Source of the DNA: Octopus sinensis
Lineage: Eukaryota
DNA length: 64,000 bases
Reading direction: 5' to 3'
Assembly (NCBI RefSeq): GCF_006345805.1
Contig: NC_042998.1
Location: 14,136,001-14,200,000, forward strand
Shown: piece after piece, positions 12,368-23,382 of the stretch
Position numbering within the stretch: the first letter of the stretch is position 1
Layout: each line of letters opens with the position of its first letter
Made by a program: the position numbers and the translations under genes
Notes under the pieces: model-generated
Database searches by the model: none
What the model was told of the DNA's origin: nothing
What the model saw: only the letters and a program-made list of their open reading frames with translations

Positions 12368-12628
12368 AGAAGCATCAATGATAGGTTCAAAGAACACCTG
12401 GACAACTAATTTGAAAGGAAGCCAAACTCCATATTCTACCAACATGCTGTAGACTGCCACAAGGGATCCTTAGGGAAGCTTAAGTTGAACATCCTATCAA
12501 CACATCCCACCGATGCAATGTTGAGACAGGTCACAGAAGCTGTTTGTATACAAGAATACAAACCTACTCTCAACCGAAAGTCCGAATGGAGTAACATCCA
12601 GATCCCATTGAGAAGGACTATTCTATAA
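12368..12628 (+). pseudogene. GIY-YIG endonuclease C-terminal fragment of a Penelope-like element (Naiad-like)
   Basis: Manual translation RSINDRFKEHLDN*FERKPNSIFYQHAVDCHKGSLGKLKLNILSTHPTDAMLRQVTEAVCIQEYKPTLNRKSEWSNIQIP: R..EH, H...H, RQ..EA..I, LN.K.EW motifs; one internal stop at 12407-12409. Confidence 0.75.
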
Positions 12629-12989
12629 CCACCCCTCTCTCTCTCTCTCCCTTTTACCTGTAGTCCTTACATACAGGTTGCAATGCGTATGTGCAGTTAT
12701 ATACAACGGTATGAGCGAACGTTGTTTGATACGTACAGTTGCACTTAGGCGTTGTATCCATTCACGGTTAGACGATGATGAGAGGAACAAACATACACCC
12801 ACACACATATATATATATGTGTGTGCGTCTATACAAACATATATGTGAATATGTATACAACCTTCAGCAAAGTAACAGTCATGTACACAACTTGGACGGA
12901 CACATGCCAGTACACGGACATACGTTCACATACACATACACATGTACACACTGACACGTCTGCCCATTCTCCTAGAAACTCACATACAT

Positions 12990-13230
12990 ACGTAGCACAT
13001 GAATGCAAACATATATACATACCTACGTATGGGCATATACACGTACATACGCACGTACATGTACGCACACACATACATGGGCACATGCATACGAGCGCGT
13101 ATACATACATACGCACATGCGTACGTATGTACATACACACATACATACACACATACATACACACACATACATACATACATACATACATACATACATACAT
13201 ACATACATACGCACATACATACATACATAC
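12990..13230. repeat. (CATA)n/(CA)n compound microsatellite
   Basis: Directly visible. Confidence 0.9.
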
Positions 13231-13586
13231 GCACAATAGTAAAATAATAGTTCTGTGATATAGAGATAAAGATCTGATAATAGTTTTTAGGGTATAGTTT
13301 TGGGAGTAAGCATCGTAAATCACTTTCTAGCTTCGGCCGTAGGAAGTTGAAATTTGATAGCTTTGTGATGAGTGGTCACTCTACATCCATCCATCGCTAC
13401 AGGTTTATAGCTTTATGTTTTATAGAGTGTATGTGCGTGCATATACACACACATACATATATATATACATACATACATACATACATACATACATACATGC
13501 ATACAGAGGCGTATGCACGTACATGCATACGTACATACATACACACATGTATGCATACATAGACACATACATACGTACATATATAT

Positions 13587-13813
13587 GACGAACTAACTGT
13601 TACTTTCTTAGATGCAGCACGGATTTTGTCAGTGAACAGGTCGCGGATTTTAGCGACGAAAATATTTTGACAAATTAAACTTAAATGTTGAAGTGAATCG
13701 AACGGCTTTTGTGTGTTTCTTAAATGGCTTATAAACACCTTCCACGCTGCAATTGTTTTCGTTTCAGCACACGATCTCAGATCAAAATACTTGCTATGCG
13801 AGTACATCTCCGT
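13587..13813 (+). mobile_element. (TA)n-abutting non-coding mini-element carrying a hammerhead variant
   Basis: Non-repetitive 230-bp island between microsatellites containing the fold at 13625-13674. Confidence 0.6.
13625..13674 (+). ncRNA. putative minimal hammerhead ribozyme with compensatory G3:C8 core
   Basis: TTTGTCA-GTGAACA-G-GTCGC-GGATTTTA-GCGAC-GAA-AATATT-T-TGACAAA: perfect 7-bp stem I, 5-bp stem II, palindromic stem III, core GUGAACA instead of CUGANGA. Confidence 0.65.
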
Positions 13814-13833
13814 AATATATAATATATATAATA

Positions 13834-13882
<49 letters not shown>

Positions 13883-13886
<4 letters not shown>

Positions 13887-14441
13887 CAACAATTGAGGGT
13901 AAAATTAATTAATTAATCAATTTCACCAAGTGTTCAGTATGCAAAGGGACCATTTAAGGCGAATTCAATATTATACATTATATAAAAGGGCTTAGTAAAT
14001 AAATACTTTGCCGCATACTATCTCATTAGAAATAGCAGCTAAAAAAACATTATAAAACTATTTCTAATACTTAAAGAAAACTCTCTCATATAGTGTTTGC
14101 TCAATTCAACTCACGGAAGTATGGGGGGTAGAGACATTAAAAAATCAGATGCAAAGGTTATTTGAGAAAGTACGTTTCAAGATTAGTCAACTCGACACTT
14201 CTATCATCAGCTCCGAACTCCCTGGTTTGGATTTGAAAACACTGAAAGTGGGAGCATACTCTTCGGCCTCCTATCGCTCTGAAGATCTACCCCCCATACT
14301 TCGTGAGTTGAATTGAGCAACACTATATGAGAGAGGTTTTCTTTAAGTATAGAAATAGTTTTATAATGTTTTTTAGCTGCTATTTCTAATGAGTTCAGTA
14401 TGCGGCAAAGTAATTTATTTTACTAAGCCCTTTTATATAAT
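13883..14441 (-). mobile_element. (TA)n-embedded fold-back mini-element (PLE pseudo-LTR-like)
   Basis: About 155-bp inverted arms 13977-14132 / 14286-14441, unique tail 13883-13976, degenerate hammerhead on minus strand at 14167-14214 (GGAG-CTGATGA...GAAACGTA-CTTT). Confidence 0.75.
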
Positions 14442-14521
14442 ATATATATTATATATAATATATATATATATATGTATTAAATATATATATAGATGTATAT
14501 ATATATATATGTATATATATG

Positions 14522-14552
<31 letters not shown>

Positions 14553-14555
14553 GTA

Positions 14556-14586
<31 letters not shown>

Positions 14587-14700
14587 TGTAAATATATATA
14601 TATGTATATATATATATATGTAAATATATATATATGTAAATATATATATATGTATATATATATATGTATATATATATATATGTAAATATATTATATGTAA

Positions 14701-14731
<31 letters not shown>

Positions 14732-14765
14732 TGTATGTATATATATATGTATGTATATATATATG

Positions 14766-14797
<32 letters not shown>

Positions 14798-14883
14798 TAT
14801 ATATATGTTGTATATATATATGCATGTATGTATATATAATATATGTATGTATGTATATATAATATATGTATATATTATATGTG

Positions 14884-14921
<38 letters not shown>

Positions 14922-14947
14922 AATATATATATACATATATATATATA
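14442..14947. repeat. (TA)n/(TATG)n microsatellite
   Basis: Directly visible. Confidence 0.95.
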
Positions 14948-15152
14948 GCTCCATATTTAAGAGATGAGGAATTATGTAAATTATTTACAATTGACGGATA
15001 TTTGTCCTTATCTTGTTTGTTGTTAAGACAACGTTTCAGCTAATATTACCTCCAGCCTTCATCAGGTGTATTGGGGAAATTTCGAATTTGGGTTCTCAAT
15101 CCCAAATTTTATTTAATTTGCTTTGCGACTTACTCCTACCCTCGAAATATGG
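14948..15152 (-). mobile_element. (TA)n-embedded mini-element with hammerhead motif
   Basis: Minus strand 15069-15026 ACAC-CTGATGA-A-GGCTGG-AGGTAATA-TTAGCT-GAAACGTT-GTCT; (TA)n on both sides. Confidence 0.7.
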
Positions 15153-15153
15153 A

Positions 15154-15247
<94 letters not shown>

Positions 15248-15712
15248 ATGTATGTATGCATGTATGTATGTATGCATGTATGTATATATGTATGTATAAT
15301 AGAATATTCTGTCAAGTGCGTTTATTGTTAATTTTGATTGCCCGCTTTTGCAAAAAAAAAAATCAATTATTTCTCTTCCTAATTTCAGAAAGAACCTTTC
15401 GTCTTAACTTACAATTTCTGTGTGTTAATGTAAGTGAGAAAACGAAAACTCCTGGGATGTTATGGCGACAATAATATAAGCATGATCTGGACATTTATTT
15501 TCAAGAAGCAAGTATATTTGAGAAGATTCTCTCCGACAATGTCTCTAACTAGCACAGCTTTATCTTTGTATATATATATATATATATATCTTTCAACTAT
15601 TTACTTTTCATTGTTTCCTCGCTCTTTCAAAAACATGTATGTAGGTAGATAAATGGATATATACTCTTTTACACCACCTGTTTCTGTTTTGTTTTGTTTT
15701 TTTGCGAATTCT

Positions 15713-15772
<60 letters not shown>

Positions 15773-15776
15773 TACA

Positions 15777-16127
15777 CACATATATAAGAGAGTGACCACT
15801 ATATGGTCGACTCTAGCGCTAAAAATAGGTCCGCTATGGTATTAGCCACTAAAAAATGGTTTCTATATTTTTTGTTATTTTTCATATGCCCTGCTCGTTT
15901 ACGTTAAATGTTGTGCTGACTTTCCTTGGAAACAATTTTTTAGTGGCTAATACCATAGCGGATCTATTTTTAGCGCTAGAGTCAACCATATAGTGGTCAC
16001 TCTCTTATATATGTGTATATAAATTTTTTATTGTATCGCTGGTTTTTTATGCGCTAAGCCACTTGCTGTTAAATTGATGGTATTATTAAATTAATATCCA
16101 ACTTTTCACCCTTATTTTTTTTATTTG
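15777..16127 (+). mobile_element. (TA)n-embedded fold-back mini-element
   Basis: About 87-bp inverted arms 15777-15863 / 15929-16015 plus 110-bp tail ending ttaatatccaacttttcacccttatt, then (TA)n. Confidence 0.7.
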
Positions 16128-16337
16128 ATATATATATATATATATATATATACCGATTAAAACACTTACACCATTTAGGCTATCTAATGTCATTCACGTT
16201 TATGATATAATTGTCACAAGATCCACATAAGGAATTCCGCAGTGTTCGTTGAGTTTATAAGGAATTCCAGAAGCGGAAAATTTTGTTAGCAATAACCTTT
16301 ATTCAACACTGTGTTTATACATGTGCAAGAATATATT

Positions 16338-17292
16338 CTTTTCTACGCTAAGCACAAGGCCCGAAATTTGGTGGGAGATGGCCAGTCGATTAGATCGACC
16401 CCAGTACGCAACTGGTATTTAATTTATCGACTCCGAAAGGATGAAAGGCAAAGTCGACCTCAGTGGAATTTGAACTCAGAACGTAGACAGACGAAATAAC
16501 GCTAAGCATTTTGCCCGCCGTGCTAGCGTTTCTTATTTATTTACTGCCTACAAGGGGTTACACACGGAGGGGACAAACAAGCACTGACAAAGGGATTAAT
16601 TCGATTATATCGACCCCAGTGCGTAACTGGTACTTAATTTATTGACCCCGATATGACGAAAGGCAAAGTCGACCTCGGTAGAATTTGAACTCAGAACGTA
16701 ACGTCAGACAAAATACCGCTAAGCATTTGACCCGGTGTGTTAACGTTTCTTATTTCTTTATTGCCCACAAGGGGCGAAACATAGAGGGGCAAAGAAGGAT
16801 ATATAAAGGGATTAAGTCGATTACATCAAACCCAGTACGTAACTGGTACTTAATTTATCGACCCCGAAATGATGAAAGGCAAAGTCGACCTCGGCGGAAT
16901 TTGATCTCAGAACGTAAAGACAGATAAAATACCTATTTCTATTTCTTTACTACCCACAAGGGGCTAAACACAGAGAGGACAAACAATGTCAGAGAAAGGG
17001 ATTAAGTCGATTATATCGACTCCAGTGCGTAACTGGTACTTATTTAATCGACACCGAAAGGATGAAAGGCAACGTCAACCTCGGCGGAATTTGAACTCAG
17101 AACATAGCGGCAGAGAAAATACCGATTTCTTTACTACTCACAAGGGGCTAAATACAGAGGGGACAAACAAGGACACACAAACGGATTAAGTCGATTATAC
17201 CGACCCCAGTGCGTAACTCAGAACGTAGCTGCAGACGAAATACGGCTACGCATTTCGCCCAGCGTGCTATCGATTCTGCCAGCTCGCCGCCG
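16338..17292 (-). mobile_element. SINE family B tandem array (about 5 units)
   Basis: Repeated cgaccccagtgcgtaactggtac...gatgaaaggcaaagtcgacctcggcggaatttgaactcagaacgt units; complete head at 17235-17292. Confidence 0.88.
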
Positions 17293-18010
17293 GCTCGTGC
17301 TCTCTGCCTTTCTTTCTCTGTATATCTGTATGTCTGTCTGTCTGCCTCTCTCTCACTCTCTTTTTCTCTCTCTCTTATGCACAAAAATATATTGCTTTGT
17401 ATACATTACGTACTTTTCGTAATAGAAGTCTGTAGTTTCATTCCCTAAAAAAGGCGCAGGTATTTCACTTTGCCTCAATTAAAATACACATTTTAGTATG
17501 GCTTTGACAGTTTCTTCTCCCTATCTTTGTCACATAAAAAAAATCAAAATACGAGTATTCATAAAACCATCTGCTAGTAAATTCGCCGCACTTTCTTAAT
17601 TGCTCTACTTGTCTCGCTTATCTTTGTCTTCAATCTTCCCTTGGAGAAAATATTATATTTAATAAAACAAATATATCTAACCAACAATTTCCACCCATGC
17701 TTACAATTCAATAATTGCTCAGAACACTCAACATAGCACAATCTTTCACCATATTTTTATACATCTTGAATCTATCATTTTCATAACAGTACAGCAAAGA
17801 ATTCCTGTCTAGAACTCGCTCTCAATCACCTCGTTTTACCAATTCTCCCTTGTTTCTTCCCTTCCTTCTCTTACGTGTCTCTCTGTAAGTCTAGCTGTCC
17901 GTCTGTATGTTTGCGTGTCTGTTTGTCTCTCGGGCTCCCTCTCTCTCCCACTCTCTCTCAACTGATCGTCTTTATGTTTTATCTATTTTACACGACAAAT
18001 AGTTATTTGT

Positions 18011-18184
18011 GGCGTAGGACTGACTGTGTGGTAAGTAGCTTGCTTCCCAACCACATAGTTTCAGGTTCAGTCCCACAGCGTAGCACCTTGGGCGAGTGTC
18101 TTCTACTATATCATCAGACCAATCAAAGCCTTGTGAGTGAATTTGGTAGAATCCCGTCGCGTCGTATATATATATATATATATA

Positions 18185-18227
<43 letters not shown>

Positions 18228-18449
18228 TGTATATGTTTGTGCGTCTGTGTTTGTCCCCCCGACATCGCTTGACAACCGATGCTGGTGTGCTTACGTCCCC
18301 GTCGTTTAGCGGTTCGGCAAGAAAGACCAATAGTACTAGGCTTACAAAGAATATGTCCTGGGGTTGTTTTGCTCTACTAAAGGCGGTGATCCAGCATGGC
18401 CGCAGTCAAATGACTGAAACAAATAAAAGAATAAAATAATAAAAAGAAT
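18011..18449 (+). mobile_element. SINE family A, full-length
   Basis: Head, internal (TA)n(TG)n, 3' module and A-rich tail. Confidence 0.88.
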
Positions 18450-18558
18450 ATAAATATATATAAATTAGAAAAAAAAACCTTTTATCAATTCAATAATGAA
18501 AAAATATATATATATATATACGCACATATATATAGTTACACACACATATGAGTGTAGT

Positions 18559-18607
<49 letters not shown>

Positions 18608-19261
18608 TATATATGCATATATGATATATGTGTGTGTCTGTCTGTGTTTGTGAGTATGTTTGTGTGCGCGCGTGTATGACTATGGAACTGAAGCACATTG
18701 TAAAACCTAACCCTTACTTTCCGCCATCAACTAACCTTCACCTCAATTGTGATATTATTATACATTCATCTATATATCACCTTTCTACTTCAGCACGGAT
18801 TTAAGTACACTCCAGAACATCGAATAAACCTCCACACATCCACATACTCACATACTACTCTCTCTCTCTCTTTTCTCTCTCTCTCTCTCTCTCTCTCTCC
18901 CCTCACTCACACACACGCTCACACATGAACACACACACTCTCTCTCTCTGTCTCTTTCGTTTCCTCTCCCGCTCCCAAACATGCTTACGCACATTTTTAT
19001 TCACTCTAACTCACACACAAGGAATATTTGCACGTAGCTGTCGTTGCAATCAATAAGCAATATTAAATCTCCAGCAAAGACACTTAATACTGAATGACCT
19101 GCCGGTAAATTCATTTAACAGGAAGTTACTGTTCCCTGCTGCTTGGCAGTGATTGCAGTGTATGATTGAGTGCAGCGTTTAATTACTCTACAGCGTTAAT
19201 CTCACATCTCCCAATTAGCAAAATTGTTAGTCCTATTCCAGAGTATAATCTACTCACTCAC

Positions 19262-19338
19262 AGCCTGCTTAACCACTGATATCTAGGAGAGAACCCATTC
19301 CAGACAACCACCAGAACAGCAACGTTTGTCAATAGAAA
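19262..19338 (-). other. candidate internal exon (77 nt)
   Basis: Minus strand ttttgttttttgttcacAG acceptor and GCT|GTGAGT donor; one open frame FLLTNVAVLVVVWNGFSPRYQWLSR. Confidence 0.3.
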
Positions 19339-19994
19339 CTGTGAACAAAAAACAAAACGTAAAAGGAAATTGCATATATAATCATGTAACATTAGTTGTA
19401 ATTTAAAAGCTAAAAGTAGTAAACGATATTTTCTGCTTGTTGCTTGCATATTTTGGTGTAACGGCATGTGTAGCAGGTGGAGGTAAAAACAGCATGTATT
19501 TATGCATCAGAATAAAAAGAGAAACGGAGTAAAAGAGACAAGAGCGAGATAGAAAGAGCGTGACTACATAAGGTCGATTAATCTGCCAGATATAGCCATC
19601 ATATAACTGCAACTACCTTAATAATAAAAAGGATAGACAGAATATATTTGTTGTTTTGCAGAAAGTATTCCACACTATGGACTTATAGTTCAGATTTGAA
19701 GAGATTTCATGTCATACTCGTTCAATGAAGATCGACTGGTAGGGTGAAGGTTAAAGCGTGCAGTAACAATATCAGCCAAAAATACTATACAGAAACGATG
19801 AATATTTCTGAAAATTTGCTCAACGTACAGAAAGTATGAAACTTGGAGAAGTTGAGAAAATAAAGTAATGCAGAAAATATCGGAGGAAGAGAAAATAAGA
19901 GATTAATTGTTAGAGAGAGGGAGGCAGCACCACAGAATACATGAATTTCTTTTTTCCGTTTTTCTATCCATTTAGTAGTGAGCGCAATATTCTA

Positions 19995-21279
19995 TCAGGT
20001 CATCCTATAAGTTCTGTCCGAATTTTGAATAAAGAAAACAAATGATCAAATGTTATATTTAATTGAAATTCAATCATCAATGTACTTTCCCTGATTATCT
20101 ATGACTTCCTTCTATCTATTTACAAGCTTTTTAATCCCATCAATGTAAAACTCTTTTGGTTTCAGAGTGAAGAACTCTGAAATGTCAGTTTCGACCTCCT
20201 CCTGGCTTTCGAAAGTTATGTCCCCGAAATGATTCTGTAAATTACGACACAAATGGTAGTCTGAATGAGCAAGGTCGGGAGAATAAGGTGGATCAGGAAT
20301 GTTTTCCCAACCAAACTCTTCGATCTTCTGTGATGTGATCTTTGCATTGTGGGTTCGCGCATTCTCCTGATGAAACATCACTCCTATCCGATTCACTAAA
20401 GCGGGTTTTTTTCTTCAAAGCTTGGTTCAAACGCTCTAATTGCTGACAGTAGATTTGAGCATTGATTATTGGATTAGGTTGTAACAATTCAAACTGAATT
20501 ACGCCTTTGTAATCCCACCAGATAGAGAGAAGAACCTTTTTCCCATGAAGTTCCCTTCTTGGTTGTGTTTGAGCTTTTTCCCTTTTACCAAGCCACTGTT
20601 TACGACGTTTAACATTTCGATAGAAGGTTCATTTTTCGTCACCAGTCACAAGTCTATCCAAAAGGGGCAAAATGACTTCGCGAGAACGGAAACAAGAGCA
20701 GATGTCAACTCGAGATTTGCGGTTGCTTTCAGGACAATTCATGAGGCACCTATTTTCCAAGTTTAGGAATCTTTCCAAGTTGTTGAAAATGACGATTGAC
20801 AGTTGAACTAAGCTTTATTGTCAATTCTTCAACCGATAATGCAGGATTTCCTTCAAGTAATGTCTGAAGGAGCTTATCATCAAACTCAACTGGACGTCAT
20901 ATTCGATCCCCATCTTCAAGGCTAAAATCTCCACTTCGGAATTTTGCAAACCCTCTTCTGCAAGTTCTTTCACTCAAGCATTTTACCCATAAACTGAGTG
21001 TATGTTTCGAGTCGCTTCGGCTGCAGAGTTTCTTTTTTTGTACCCATAAGGTATTATGTGCCTCAAATACTCTTTGGACACTTCCATGTTTGGACACTTC
21101 CAAGGGTTTTAATCAAAGAATTTTTAATTCTATTATTTTGTAAAATAACATTTAATCAGTTTAAATCTACACAAGTGCATAAAAATAATTTTTAATTCCA
21201 TCAGTCATTCTAAAATACTATTAAATTTCATTCAATTTTAAACAAGTTAAAATCGGACAGAACTTATAGGATGACCTAA
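19995..21279 (-). mobile_element. full-length mariner DNA transposon (1285 bp), inactive
   Basis: TIRs TCAGGTCATCCTATAAGTTCTGTCCG / CGGACAGAACTTATAGGATGACCTAA with TA at 19993-19994 and 21280-21281. Confidence 0.93.
20070..21087 (-). pseudogene. mariner transposase pseudogene
   Basis: MEVSKEYLRH start, VPHEL, VTGDEK, HQENARTH, PPYSPDLAHSDYHL, ends GKYIDD*; multiple frameshifts and stops. Confidence 0.9.
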
Positions 21280-22259
21280 TACAAAACGCAGTCAGACGCC
21301 AGGGCATACTATTGATGGTTTCTCTATGCTCAGTATATATAAATCTATCTGTCCACAGATTCTTGCTGCGTGTTAGACAGGTCTATCACTCGAGGATGAG
21401 ATATGGCCTGGCTATGAGCACTTTCGAAGAATTTGAACCGAAAATGCAGTCAGATTAAAGAGATACAACAAAGCAGCTTTACAAGTATTTGTAGTTAGTA
21501 ACAAACACATAAGAATGAATACAAAAATCTATGCAAATAGGAAGAGGTTCTTTTTAACTTAGGAGAATTGAAAGCAAAATTCCACTTTATGAATAACTAT
21601 TAGGAACAAAGACTCATATGTAGTATAAGTGAAAACAATTTACGGTGTGAAACATGCTTGTTTCTTATTTCTACGGTGAATATTTAGAGTTGAGTGCAAA
21701 AAGTCATAGAAGCAACTGTTGAAGTGTTTCAACTTCAAACTTACATTAGTGCTTCACGCAGAAATCGTGTTCTTGTATTATCACCTTTACAATTCTGTTT
21801 CTTCTGTCAACAAGGTTGTCATGATTTATTTCAACGTTAAGTTATCATAGCTCTTCCCTTTAGATTTAAAGTGAAAACAGAAAATATTGTTAAATTTTAT
21901 ATCTTTACTTGCAAGGTGAATTTCGATGAACTTCACATATTACTATAAGTTAATATATTCATCAGAGGTGTAAAATAAAAAATAAAAATTTCCTTTTAAA
22001 GCAGAGATAATAGAAATTGCTTTTTCTTCTTCATAAATGTTTGACTTCCCAAATATCTGGAAAGGTGTTATTTACGCGAAGCACAGTTTAACAGTTAAAT
22101 AAAATATGTATGTTCACACACAAAGAACAAAATTTGTAGGTGTTTGAATCTGTAATCCTTATAGTCAGTAGATTGGAATGGGAGTAAATACCATTCATTC
22201 TACAAGTGAACGTCTAAGGAAGCGAAGCTACAGCTGCTGAAATATATAATCTTTTGTGC

Positions 22260-22830
22260 ATGCATACATATGTATATATATATATATAATATATATATAT
22301 ATATTATATATAGAGATATATGAATATATATGTGTGTGTGTGGGTGTGTGTGTTGTTGTGTATATATATATATGGATGTATATGTATATATAAGTGTAAT
22401 ATATGTATATGTATGTATATGTATATATATATATGTATAGTATATATATATATATACATGTATATTATGTTATATAACATGTATATGTATATATATATAT
22501 GTATATGTATATATATATGTATGTTATATATGTATTTGTATATATATATATGTATATGTATATATGTATAGGTATATATATGTATATGTATATATATACA
22601 TGTATATGTATATTATATATATATATTATATATATATATATATATATATGTATATTATATATATTATGTAATATAATATATATAATGTATATATATATTA
22701 TATGTATATATTATATTATATATGTATATATATATATATATGTATAGTATATTATATATATATGTATATGTATATATATATATAATGTATTTATATATAT
22801 ATATAATATATATATAAGATATATATATAT

Positions 22831-22872
<42 letters not shown>
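22260..22872. repeat. (TA)n/(TATATG)n microsatellite
   Basis: Directly visible. Confidence 0.95.
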
Positions 22873-22875
<3 letters not shown>

Positions 22876-23081
22876 GTGAAATAGAAAGATGAATAATCTT
22901 GTAGTAGATTAATCAAAAGTTTAACCGATACCTTAGTAGCAAAAATCACAGCAGTAAACAGCACGGTTGGAGGTACAAACATATGGTGAGCAACCGTGCG
23001 TTGGTGCGGATAATTGAAATTAAAACATTATTGGTGAATTGAAGAAATGGAGCTGAACGCAGATTGAACAGAAATCGTTTT

Positions 23082-23165
23082 ATTTCATTCTACACGTGTT
23101 TCGAAAGGCACAAATTACCAAAATCCATTAGGGACCATATTGTGTCTTTCTCTTCAGGAAGAAAA
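23082..23165 (-). ncRNA. putative type I hammerhead ribozyme (inverted copy)
   Basis: Reverse complement of the 23293-23382 fold; core at 23151-23157, ACACGTGT at 23092-23099. Confidence 0.7.
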
Positions 23166-23292
23166 TAGGAAATCCGTTGGAAAAACAAAAACAGAACAGA
23201 GGCGGAGCAAAAACAAATCGAACTATGCTCCTAAGAGCCCATGGCGAAACTGTTTTTGTTTTTGTTCTGTTTTGTTTTTCCAACGGATTCCT

Positions 23293-23382
23293 ATTTCTTC
23301 CTGAAGAGAAAGACACAATATGGTCCCATTATTCAATCGGATTTTGGTAATTGTGCCTTTCGAAACACGTGTAGAATGAAAT
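23293..23382 (+). ncRNA. putative type I hammerhead ribozyme with canonical core
   Basis: Stem I ATTTCTTC / GAA(T)GAAAT; CTGAAGA 23301-23307; stem II GAAAG(A)CACAAT / ATTGTG(C)CTTTC; GAAA 23362-23365; palindromic ACACGTGT; GTA cleavage triplet. Confidence 0.78.

Noticed and set aside
16338-17292. Regularly spaced repeats resembling a CRISPR array
   Set aside because: Units are whole SINE bodies without unique spacers; eukaryotic context, no cas genes.
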